Source: an uncultured bacterium (lineage in GTDB: Bacteria; Actinomycetota; Actinomycetes; S36-B12). From it: 53,742 nucleotides of DNA. Location of the stretch: NCBI GenBank assembly GCA_903934925.1, contig CAIZPS010000270.1, positions 1 through 53,742 on the forward strand. Reading direction: 5' to 3'. How positions within the stretch are numbered: position 1 is the stretch's first letter; every line of letters starts with the position of its first letter. The translations under genes were made by a program, and so were the position numbers. Of this stretch, positions 43,093-51,383 are shown one piece after another. Under the pieces are notes generated by a model, which did not search any database, was not told where the DNA came from, and worked only from the letters and a program-made list of their open reading frames with translations.

Positions 43093-44111
43093 CACTCGAT
43101 CTCGATGACCGCCGCGTTGAGGCCGGACCCGATGCCCATGCACGCGATGCGGTCGCCCGACGAGAAGTCGGACGCATGAAGGGCGAGGGTGAACGGAATG
43201 GACGCCGGGCCAACGTTGCCCCGAGTGGGGAAGATGACCGGGGTCCGGTCGGGGTCGATTCCGAGAGCCGACGTGATGGCGTCCGTATGGGCGCGCGACA
43301 CCTGATGGATGACGTACGAGTCGAGGTCGCTCCAGTCGAACTCAGCCTTGGCGGCGGCCCAGGTGTCGACCGCCAGCTCGACACCGGCATCAAGAAGGCC
43401 CTTGGAGTCGGTCGTCATGCCATCGAGATCGCCCACGCAGAGCTGATTGTGCTGGGTCGCCGCCCGGCCGACCCCTCCGATGAAGCGATGGCCACCCGGA
43501 TTCTCGCTAGCGCGGCCGAGGACCATGGCGGCAGCACCCGACCCGAGGGTCAGGGTGGCGAAGTTGGCGAGGATCTCGGCCTTCGTCGTACCCGGGCGCT
43601 GCAGCCGCTCGATGGTGCGCTGCTGCGTGCGCCGACTTCCCTCTCCGTCGACAATGAGCGCGTACTCGAGCTGTCCGGCATCGATCATCATCGCGGCAAG
43701 CTGCATGCCGTTCATGAAGCCGAGGCAGGCATTCGCCAGATCGAAGTTCTGGCATGAGGTCGGCAGTCCAAGCTGGCGGTGGACATCAACGGCCGCCGAC
43801 GGCTCCAGATGGTCGCGGCACACGGAGGTGTCGATCAGCAGACCGATGCTGCTGGGATCCACTCCCGCCTCGGCGATGGCCTTCGCCCCTGCCATGGCTG
43901 CCGCGTCGGCGAAGCTGACGTCCTCGGGCCACCACCGGCGCTCGGTGATGCCCGCGAGCGCCTCGAGCATGCCCGGGCGCAGGCCGACTGCCGCCAGGGT
44001 CTCGGCCAGCTGCTGGTCGAACTCGGCCGAGGTCACGACAATGGGCGCGTCCGCGATCGCCACCGACACGATCGTCGTGTCGTGGTAACGGTATGTCGCG
44101 TTGCCGGTCAT
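43089..44111 (-). CDS. oleA: FabH-like thiolase, OleA-like (head-to-head acyl-CoA condensing enzyme)
   Basis: KAS III fold with the catalytic Cys context DLANACLGF and C-terminal GIGSGLN. It is the first gene of the coupled three-gene cluster. ATG 44111 has GGAGG 8 nt upstream. Confidence 0.78.
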   Translation of the reverse strand: MTGNATYRYHDTTIVSVAIADAPIVVTSAEFDQQLAETLAAVGLRPGMLEALAGITERRWWPEDVSFADAAAMAGAKAIAEAGVDPSSIGLLIDTSVCRDHLEPSAAVDVHRQLGLPTSCQNFDLANACLGFMNGMQLAAMMIDAGQLEYALIVDGEGSRRTQQRTIERLQRPGTTKAEILANFATLTLGSGAAAMVLGRASENPGGHRFIGGVGRAATQHNQLCVGDLDGMTTDSKGLLDAGVELAVDTWAAAKAEFDWSDLDSYVIHQVSRAHTDAITSALGIDPDRTPVIFPTRGNVGPASIPFTLALHASDFSSGDRIACMGIGSGLNAAVIEIEW

Positions 44112-44153
44112 GCCCATCCCCTCCGTCCCCCCACGGGAACCTCTCCACCCTTT

Positions 44154-44266
44154 CATGCCCGGCACCGGGCGCAAGCCCCGACCGGGAGGAACGTCTCCAT
44201 GCCCGGCACCGGGCGCAAGCCCCGACCGGGAGGAACGTCTCCATGCCCGGCACCGGGAGGAACGTC
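44154..44266. repeat. 44-bp tandem direct repeat (2 full copies plus 1 internally deleted copy) in the oleA / peptidase divergent spacer
   Basis: The unit is catgcccggcaccgggcgcaagccccgaccgggaggaacgtctc. It occurs identically at 44154-44197 and 44198-44241. The third copy (44242-44266) lacks 17 nt bounded by accggg direct repeats. Confidence 0.95.
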
Positions 44267-45784
44267 GCTTACGGTGGTCCCATGGCCAGACTCCTGCGGA
44301 GCCGGTTGCTCTCGACCATCACGGTCGTGGCCGCCCTGGTGCCCGGCTCAGCGGGAATCGCCGCCGCCAACACCGGCGGGACGGCACCACTCGCGCGCTT
44401 CTACGAGCAGTCACTGGACTGGAGTCGCTGTTCCGCGGGCCAGTGCGCCTGGCTGACCGTGCCTCGGGACTACTCCGATCCTGACGGCCCAACGCTCAGG
44501 CTGCGCGTCTCCCGTACGCCGGCGGGCAGCCCAGCGGACCGCCAGGGGTCGCTCGTCACTAATCCCGGAGGGCCGGGCGCGGAGGGGGTCGAATTCGCCA
44601 GCTACCTGTCGGGAATCGTAGATCCGGCCATTGCGAGGCGCTACGACATCGTGGGCTTCGACACCCGTGGCGCCGGAGAGTCCTCCCCCATCGTGTGCAT
44701 GGACGGACGGCAGACCACCCGCTGGCTGCGCACCGACTACACGCCCGACACCCCGCGCGAGATCACCACGCTGATGCGACGGGCGCGCGCGCTGGCGCAG
44801 GGGTGCCTCGACCGATCGCCGCAGATCGCGCGCCACGTCGGCTCCGAGAACACCGTTCGCGACATGGACATCCTGCGCCAGGCGCTCGACGAGGATCAAT
44901 TGGACTTCCTCGGCTTCTCCTACGGCACCTATCTCGGCACGCGCTACGCGGAGGTCTTTCCCGATCGTGTCGGGCGGTTCGTCCTCGATGGAGCCGTCGA
45001 TCCCAGCCTGGACGTGATGCAGCTGTCCGAGGGGCAGAGCCGGGGATTCCAGCTCGCCCTCTCTCGGTTCGCGGACGACTGCGCCCGACGACCGGGGTGT
45101 CCCTGGCGCGGTGACGGGACAGCCGTCCTGGTCGGCATCGACCGTCTGCTGTCCAGCCTCGACGCCCGTCCCCTACCAGCAGGACCGGGACCCTCACTCG
45201 TGCAGTCGGAGGCCATCACCGCCCTGCTCTACGCCATGTACGCGCCGCAACTCTGGCCGATGCTGAGGTCGGCCCTGCGCGAGGCCGCACGTGGAGAAGG
45301 CAGTGGGCTGTCGGAGCTGGCCGCATATGCCAGCGATCGCACCGGACCAGAGCGCTACGGATCCAACATGGCTTCGGCCTTTCCCGCCATCGCCTGCTGG
45401 GATCAGCCCGCGGCGCCCGGAGCAGCCGGACTCGCGGCAGCAGCCCAGGACTGGGCCCGGGGGACGGCCGTTCCAGAGATCGCACGCACACTGTCGTGGG
45501 GCAACGCCCCCTGTTCCGTCTGGTTCGGACACTCGGCCATCGCGCCGAAGCCGGCCCGTACGAGCACAACGGCGCCCATCCTCATCATCGGGGGCCTCTA
45601 CGATCCGGCCACGCCGTATGCATGGGCAACGGCACTGCACCGTCAGCTTCCCACCTCGGCACTCCTGACCTATGCCGGCGACGGGCACACCGCCTACGGA
45701 AACGGATCCACGTGTGTCGACTCCACCGTCCGTGACTTCCTGCTCGACGGGACCCTTCCCGCTAGCAGCAGGACCTGCCGCTAG
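44243..45784 (+). CDS. secreted alpha/beta hydrolase, tripeptidyl-aminopeptidase (Tap) family
   Basis: Has a signal-like N-terminus (RLLRSRLLSTITVVAALVPGSAGIAAA), NPGGPGAEG, the nucleophile GFSYGTYLG, and a C-terminal TAP-like domain. I prefer ATG 44243, which has GGGAGGA 8 nt upstream. The alternative start is ATG 44282. Confidence 0.8.
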   Translation: MPGTGRNVAYGGPMARLLRSRLLSTITVVAALVPGSAGIAAANTGGTAPLARFYEQSLDWSRCSAGQCAWLTVPRDYSDPDGPTLRLRVSRTPAGSPADRQGSLVTNPGGPGAEGVEFASYLSGIVDPAIARRYDIVGFDTRGAGESSPIVCMDGRQTTRWLRTDYTPDTPREITTLMRRARALAQGCLDRSPQIARHVGSENTVRDMDILRQALDEDQLDFLGFSYGTYLGTRYAEVFPDRVGRFVLDGAVDPSLDVMQLSEGQSRGFQLALSRFADDCARRPGCPWRGDGTAVLVGIDRLLSSLDARPLPAGPGPSLVQSEAITALLYAMYAPQLWPMLRSALREAARGEGSGLSELAAYASDRTGPERYGSNMASAFPAIACWDQPAAPGAAGLAAAAQDWARGTAVPEIARTLSWGNAPCSVWFGHSAIAPKPARTSTTAPILIIGGLYDPATPYAWATALHRQLPTSALLTYAGDGHTAYGNGSTCVDSTVRDFLLDGTLPASSRTCR

Positions 45785-46722
45785 CTCGCGCTCGGGCCGG
45801 TCGCGCCCGCACCCGCGTCCCCACCGGAGTCAAGGGTGGAAAGGAAGTGCTCCACCTGGGCAGCGATCTCGTCCCCGCTGAGAACTTCCGCTTCGGAGAT
45901 GGCGCCGAGTGCCCCCGCGGAGCCCACCGCCAGCAGTTGGTCGTACTGCTGCTCCAATGCGGACACGATCGCGGCGAATTCCTCGTTGCCGGCCATCTGG
46001 GACGCGACCTCAGCATCGGCCCGGCGAGCCGCCGGTTCGAGGGCCGCGGTGGGCAGAACGAGCCCAGTCGCGGCACAGACCCCCGCCAGCAGCGTGGCTG
46101 CCGCACGTGGGAACTCGAACTGGACGAGATAGTGCGGCACCTGCGCGGTGAGGCCCATGGACGAGAACCCGTGCTGACCCAGGTGCAGTTCGAGCATGGC
46201 GCCGACGTGACCGGGTACCTCGACCTCACCCACGACCGACACATGGCCGGCGACCAGCGAGGGCTCGCTGCCGTGCACCGTCAGGCCGAGCGGACGCGTG
46301 TGCGGGATCGGCCACGGGATGGCGGACAGGCCCACCGTGAGCCGGACGCGGTAGTGCTGGGCGATGAGATCGACCGCCGCGAGGAATCGCTGCCATTGGT
46401 AGTCGGGCTCCGGACCGGTCAGCAGCAGGAAGCGCGTGCCGTCACCGTCGGTGACCTCGTGCAGGGTGATCTGCGGGACCTCGACCGAGGCGAAGTGGTC
46501 GACGACGTACATCATGCGGGGCCGCCGGGCTCGGTAGTCGAGGAGTTCGTCGACGTCGAAGGTGGCCAGAAGTCGGTGCTGGCAGGTGGCGAGGATGTGG
46601 TCGGCGGCGAGGCGAACACCAGAGCCCGCGTCGACGAAACCGGCGAACGCGTAGACGAGAACCGGGGGCTCCTCGAACTCGCCCTCCCGGTGGATGGTGA
46701 ACAGCTCCTCCGGCGCACGCAC
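45781..46722 (-). CDS. PAC2 (proteasome assembly chaperone 2-like) family protein
   Basis: Has PVLVYAFAGFVDAGSGVRLAADHI and FDVDELLDYRARRP, with a layout typical of actinobacterial PAC2-family proteins. GTG start. It shares a CTAG stop overlap with the convergent peptidase gene. Confidence 0.8.
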   Translation of the reverse strand: MRAPEELFTIHREGEFEEPPVLVYAFAGFVDAGSGVRLAADHILATCQHRLLATFDVDELLDYRARRPRMMYVVDHFASVEVPQITLHEVTDGDGTRFLLLTGPEPDYQWQRFLAAVDLIAQHYRVRLTVGLSAIPWPIPHTRPLGLTVHGSEPSLVAGHVSVVGEVEVPGHVGAMLELHLGQHGFSSMGLTAQVPHYLVQFEFPRAAATLLAGVCAATGLVLPTAALEPAARRADAEVASQMAGNEEFAAIVSALEQQYDQLLAVGSAGALGAISEAEVLSGDEIAAQVEHFLSTLDSGGDAGAGATGPSAS

Positions 46723-46826
46723 CGCGTTGTCCTCCTCGACTCAGACGCTCAGGCAACACTGTGCCCTGACGTTGGTGTGAACGCTCCCGGGCGCCCCGTT
46801 GTTCCCCGTTCGCCCTCAGCGAAGCA

Positions 46827-47267
46827 CTAGGCGGTGGCGTCCGATCCGCTCAGGCCCGTGGAGGACGGAGGGGTCTTCGCGGCCGCCTTCTTCGCGGCCG
46901 GGTTCTTCGCGGCCGGGTTCTTCGCGGCCGGCTTCTTCGCGGCCGGCTTCTTCGCGGCCGGCTTGTCCTTCGCAGGTCTGGCCGCCGCCTTGTCCTTGAC
47001 CGGCTTCGCCTTCGTCTCCTTCTCCTTCTCCTTCTCCTTCTCCTCCAACGGGCGATCCTCGGGTGACTGGCTCTGCACTTCGTCAGCCGCCGACGGCACG
47101 GAGGCTGGCACGGCGGCGGGGGCCGGCACGGGGGCAGTGGGCCTGGCTGCATCGGTCCAGAGGCTCTCCTCGACACCTGCCGCTGGAGACGCGCGGCGCC
47201 GACGCCAAGCGAGCACTCCGACCGCGATTCCTGCCGCGGCCACCAGGAACACCAGTGCCTTCTTCAT
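46827..47267 (-). CDS. membrane-anchored Lys/Ala/Pro-rich repeat protein (hypothetical)
   Basis: AAGGAGG lies upstream of ATG 47267. An N-terminal TM (MKKALVFLVAAAGIAVGVLAW-RRRR) is followed by EKEKEKEKE and then (KPAAK/NPAAK) x6. Confidence 0.6.
   Translation of the reverse strand: MKKALVFLVAAAGIAVGVLAWRRRRASPAAGVEESLWTDAARPTAPVPAPAAVPASVPSAADEVQSQSPEDRPLEEKEKEKEKETKAKPVKDKAAARPAKDKPAAKKPAAKKPAAKNPAAKNPAAKKAAAKTPPSSTGLSGSDATA
46875..46964 (-). repeat. 15-bp in-frame tandem repeat x6 (PAAKK-type), followed by a ctcctt hexamer repeat at 47016-47045
   Basis: The plus-strand unit is cttcgcggccgNNtt, repeated six times and differing only at 2-3 positions. Confidence 0.9.
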
Positions 47268-47341
47268 CCCTGCCTCCTTGTGTGCTGCGACGCTAACATC
47301 GATCGTGCCCGCCTGGCAGGGCTGCTCGGATCCTCCGGCGC

Positions 47342-48523
47342 TCAGCTGCGGCGCTCGCCCTTGAGGTAGGTGAGGAACTGCTCGGTGACCTGCGGACTGT
47401 CGAGGAACGCATCCCGCTGAGCGCTGCCCATCGACAGGGCGTACTCGCAGACTCGAGCCCAAGCGTGGCCGACCGCCTTCGTCAGGGCCGCCGCCACTGT
47501 GGCCGATATCGCCGAACCGGCCACGGCACCTCCCGGAACGAACTTCAGCAGGCTCGTGACGGCATAGCGCCCAGCCATAGTGGCTCCACCCGTCAGCACC
47601 ACCGAGCCGGCGGTCGCCAGGGCTCGGGAACGGCTCGGCGGGAGGCCGTAGGCCGCCGTGATCCGGGCGATCATGGTGACCTGGTTGGGTACCAGCAGAG
47701 CCGCGTCAGCGAACGGAATCGGTGTTGCCCCTACGCCAGCGGCGACCACGACGGCCTGCTTGATGATCGCCGCCACGGCTTTTTTCTTGCGTCCGACATC
47801 CAGCACCTGGGCTGCGGTCAGAGCGGCCTCCGCCGCGGCAGGGATCACCTCGTATGTCACGTCGAGAAGTGACTGCAGTCCGTATACGGGGCTGCCCGAG
47901 AACGGATCAGTGAGCGCATTGGTCAACAGGACACGTCCGTGCGGGCTAATCGGCAGGTCGAGACCTTCGATGTACCGCGCGAACTCCAGCGCCTCGGGAT
48001 GAACCTGCCCGTCCCGGTTCGGCACCTGGGTGAGCACCAGGATCACCGGCAGTCCCAGAGCCGCGAGAGCGCGGACGAACTGCTCCTGCCCCTGCTCGAA
48101 ACGACGATCCGACCAACGCACGAGATACCAAGCCGCATGGATCTGCTCGTCGACCGCCTTGGCACGGTGCTGCTCGACCAAGGATCGCAGCCCGGCCACG
48201 ATGGCGTCTCCGGCAGTTCCCGTCTCAAAGCCCTCGGAGTCGTAGAGCCCGAGGAAACCGTCCGGGTGGCGGTAGTACACGAGCCCCTTGGTCACCGGGC
48301 TCCCGACACCCGTACGTGCTACATCCCGCCCGAAAACCGCGTTCACGAGAGTGGACTTTCCGACTCCGGTCTTGCCGAATACCGCGAGGTTGAAGCACCC
48401 CAGGGCAGCGAAGGCCTCCGCGAGACGGTCCTCGAACATGCCCTCGATCTGGATGCGGGACAGATCCGGAGTCCCCGGAACGGCGGGCAGCGACTCGGGT
48501 GTCGGAGTGGTCACCCCCGACAC
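47342..48523 (-). CDS. GTP-binding protein with C-terminal DUF697-like membrane-associated domain
   Basis: Has P-loop FGKTGVGKSTLVNAVFG, DSEGFE and LTQVPN. The C-terminal Gly/Ala-rich segment PIPFADAALLVPNQVTMI...GGAVAGSAISA resembles DUF697. GTG start. Confidence 0.75.
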   Translation of the reverse strand: MSGVTTPTPESLPAVPGTPDLSRIQIEGMFEDRLAEAFAALGCFNLAVFGKTGVGKSTLVNAVFGRDVARTGVGSPVTKGLVYYRHPDGFLGLYDSEGFETGTAGDAIVAGLRSLVEQHRAKAVDEQIHAAWYLVRWSDRRFEQGQEQFVRALAALGLPVILVLTQVPNRDGQVHPEALEFARYIEGLDLPISPHGRVLLTNALTDPFSGSPVYGLQSLLDVTYEVIPAAAEAALTAAQVLDVGRKKKAVAAIIKQAVVVAAGVGATPIPFADAALLVPNQVTMIARITAAYGLPPSRSRALATAGSVVLTGGATMAGRYAVTSLLKFVPGGAVAGSAISATVAAALTKAVGHAWARVCEYALSMGSAQRDAFLDSPQVTEQFLTYLKGERRS

Positions 48524-48581
48524 GCTACGCGCGCCCGCACGGGTTGGACAAACATCCCCGCCACCGGGTTACCGTGATCAG

Positions 48582-49274
48582 GTGATTCAGCCGGGAGGGG
48601 GACGCGAGTATCGAGCCCGCCATCGACGCCGCCGTCGGGTGACCGCCGTGGTGGCGGGACTCACGGCGGTCGCCCTCGTGGCCGTGGCGCTGGCAGGCGC
48701 ATGGACGGCGTTCACGGGAACCCCCCAGGGGCAGCGGCTCACCGGAGGCCCGATCGTCGTCCCGGCAGAGCTCCGGCCGGTCAACCTCGCGGCTGCCCAG
48801 CGATGCGAGGCGATTCCCGTCGAGATCTTCGCCGCACAGATCGCTGCCGAGAGTCACTGGGACGAGCGCGCGGTCTCGCCGGCGGGTGCTCGGGGGATCG
48901 CCCAGTTCATGCCCGAGGTCTGGAGGCAGTACGGCATCGATGCCGACGGTGACGGTTCGGCCGAGGTCTGGAACCCGGTCGATGCCATCCACTCCGCGGC
49001 CGAGCTCAACTGCATCAACCGCAAGCTGGTCCGAGACGTGCCTGGCAACCGGCTGCACAACACTCTCGCCGCCTACAACGCCGGTCACGGGAACGTGCAG
49101 AAGTACGGCGGCATACCGCCTTTTCCCGAGACCGAGGCCTACATCGAGCGCATCTTGAGGTACGCCGAGACGATCCGACTGACGGACCAGCCCGAGGACC
49201 CCGCCCCCCTCGCCGCCGAGCCGGTCACACCTGCGGAAGCAGTGGGTCCTGCTGGTCCTTCTCCTCGCGGATGA
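48582..49274 (+). CDS. lytic transglycosylase (SLT domain), membrane-anchored
   Basis: An Arg-rich N-terminus plus TM (VVAGLTAVALVAVALAG) leads into the catalytic region AAQIAAESHWDERAVSPAGARGIAQFMP and LAAYNAGHGNV. The start is uncertain (GTG 48582 or GTG 48639). Confidence 0.7.
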   Translation: MIQPGGGREYRARHRRRRRVTAVVAGLTAVALVAVALAGAWTAFTGTPQGQRLTGGPIVVPAELRPVNLAAAQRCEAIPVEIFAAQIAAESHWDERAVSPAGARGIAQFMPEVWRQYGIDADGDGSAEVWNPVDAIHSAAELNCINRKLVRDVPGNRLHNTLAAYNAGHGNVQKYGGIPPFPETEAYIERILRYAETIRLTDQPEDPAPLAAEPVTPAEAVGPAGPSPRG

Positions 49275-51357
49275 TCGCGTCGCCAGGTGTCGAGAGGATC
49301 TGACGCAGCACCGCATCGGCTTGAGCGTCGCTGCCAGAGCTGACACCCCAGTTCTTGAACTCCCGCAGGAGCGCCTCTCGGGCACGCGCGACCTGCTCCG
49401 TCACGACTCGCTTCTGCGCCCACTCCAGTTCGCGCTCGCGCAGCGCGCGCTCGATCTCGAGCAACTGCCGCGCCGTGACGGGCAGGTCGTAGGCCACCGA
49501 CACGAAGCGGGCGATGTCCTCGCGGTAGTCATGCCCACGACGGCCGAACGTTCCGGGCACGACCTCCATCGCATTGATGAGGTCGATGCCGGTGAGCACG
49601 AAACTCACGCCCGGGCGCCACTTCGTGGACTTGGGCACGCGAGGCGGACGCTCGTCCGGCGAACCCAGCCACCAGGGTCGACGAAGGAAGATGTTCGTGC
49701 CGAACTTGGGTATGGGGTCGTCGTAGTGGCTGATCAGGACGTGACGGATCCGGCTGCGCTGCTCGTCGGGAAGATTGAGGTAGTCGCCGAAGGCATCGAC
49801 CTCGACCATCACGCCGTTCGGATCGATCTTCGACGGGTTCAGCCGCCATGCCTTGGCGAACTCCGTCGCCGAGGGCGTACCGAGGTAGATCGAGGAGTGC
49901 ACGAAGTCGCGGTCCATGGCCTCAACCGTGCGTCGGCGGTATACGTCCTGCATGGTGAGCGCACCGAGACTCTCGCCGAAGAGCACGAAGCGGGGACGCC
50001 GCTCGGGCGCCATTCCACGCAGGTAGCCGGTGATCGCGTGCATGAGATCGCGATTCTGCTCGACCGCGAGCCCCGTGCGGGTGAGCGACATCGACGACGG
50101 CAGCATCGAATACTGCATAGTGGCGATCGCGCAGTCACCCAGAGTCATGTACTCGAGCGCTTCGGCGAGCACGTAGTTGATATACCCGGACCCCGTCGGG
50201 GAGGCGAGGCACAGCACCTTGCGGTCGAAGGCATTCGTGCGGATGAGCTCATCCATCAAGATGTCGACGCGATCCTCGACCTCAGCCGCAGTGTCGAGTC
50301 CTACGAAGACCCGGACCGGGTCAGCGACCGCAGGCTCGCCCATGACCGCGCTGATCTCCTCGCGGGACAACGTCATGTTCACGAAGCGACGCCCCTCGCG
50401 CGACAGGGTGTCGAAGGGAACCAGGCTCTCCGGGCTGCCCGAGACCATCGGCGACTGGGCCGGCGTCTCGTATGCCGGTTCGACGGCCGCGCCACCCTGC
50501 TCGACACGACGCACGGCGTACTCGTAGCCGGCGTAGATGACGCCCCCGAGGATGCCCAACGCCACCACGTGCCCGACCGGGTTGGAGACGGAGTCGTAGG
50601 AGGGCGCTACCCGCGAGATGCCCCGGGCGACGCCGTGGGCGACGACGCGCTCCCCCAGCTGCAGTCCGATGACCCCTGCGCCGACCCCCGTGGCGATGCC
50701 AATCGACGAGGCCGGCGACACGTTGGCGATGGTGGAGTCGCCCATCGCCGCAGCAGCGGTATGCGTGCGATGGATGTGCCATGCCGACAGCGCAACCCCG
50801 GCAGGCAGGGCCAGCGGAATCCGCGTGAGCCACCGACGAGAGGGGGATCCCTGCGTCAAGAGGTCATTTGCACCGATCACAGCCGACAGTGCCGCGCCCA
50901 TGCCGGCCACCCGAGCGGTGCGGTTGGCGGCAACGCGCACCAGACCGCGACGCAGCCGCTCATCCTCGCGAGGTGGCAGGCTGCGTGACAGCGCCTCGGC
51001 CGCCACCCCGATGAGGGCATTCGTCCCCACCTGGAAAGCGAGACGGGCTGACCTTGACGCGGTGTCGGTGCGACCCCGTGTGATGAGGCGCCCGAGGGAC
51101 TCGACCGCGCTCTCGGCCACCGTCACGGCCGACAGGGTCGTCGCCGCAATCACTCCGGTGGCGATGGCCTGGTCGAGGGTCTTGCGCGGCTGGAGCCCGG
51201 GCTCGAAGGAGGGTCCCACGGCAGCCGCGGCAGCGAACATGGCTACCCGCTCGGTGAGAGTGCGGTCCGGCCCGAAGGCACCGACCACCCGATCCAGGGC
51301 GCGCCATCCGCCATGCGCCCCCAAAGGGGCCGAGCCTGTGCTGGGTTCTGCCGACAT
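49225..51357 (-). CDS. membrane alpha/beta-hydrolase family protein (Abhydrolase_9-like: N-terminal TM domain plus catalytic domain)
   Basis: A multi-TM N-terminal half is followed by ASPTGSGY, FGESLGA (GxSxG-like) and HYDDPIPKFG. ATG 51357. It overlaps the transglycosylase 3' end convergently by 50 nt. Confidence 0.72.
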   Translation of the reverse strand: MSAEPSTGSAPLGAHGGWRALDRVVGAFGPDRTLTERVAMFAAAAAVGPSFEPGLQPRKTLDQAIATGVIAATTLSAVTVAESAVESLGRLITRGRTDTASRSARLAFQVGTNALIGVAAEALSRSLPPREDERLRRGLVRVAANRTARVAGMGAALSAVIGANDLLTQGSPSRRWLTRIPLALPAGVALSAWHIHRTHTAAAAMGDSTIANVSPASSIGIATGVGAGVIGLQLGERVVAHGVARGISRVAPSYDSVSNPVGHVVALGILGGVIYAGYEYAVRRVEQGGAAVEPAYETPAQSPMVSGSPESLVPFDTLSREGRRFVNMTLSREEISAVMGEPAVADPVRVFVGLDTAAEVEDRVDILMDELIRTNAFDRKVLCLASPTGSGYINYVLAEALEYMTLGDCAIATMQYSMLPSSMSLTRTGLAVEQNRDLMHAITGYLRGMAPERRPRFVLFGESLGALTMQDVYRRRTVEAMDRDFVHSSIYLGTPSATEFAKAWRLNPSKIDPNGVMVEVDAFGDYLNLPDEQRSRIRHVLISHYDDPIPKFGTNIFLRRPWWLGSPDERPPRVPKSTKWRPGVSFVLTGIDLINAMEVVPGTFGRRGHDYREDIARFVSVAYDLPVTARQLLEIERALRERELEWAQKRVVTEQVARAREALLREFKNWGVSSGSDAQADAVLRQILSTPGDAIIREEKDQQDPLLPQV

Positions 51358-51383
51358 GGGGGCATCCTGCCACGCCCGCTCAC

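Noticed and set aside
44101-44484. 127-aa ORF (and the frame-0 ORF ending at 44456) starting in or upstream of the 44-bp repeats
   Set aside because: Both are out of frame with the Tap-like peptidase and overlap it, and they have Arg/Pro/Gly-rich junk composition. I treat them as possible decoy or uORF consequences of the repeat rather than as genes.
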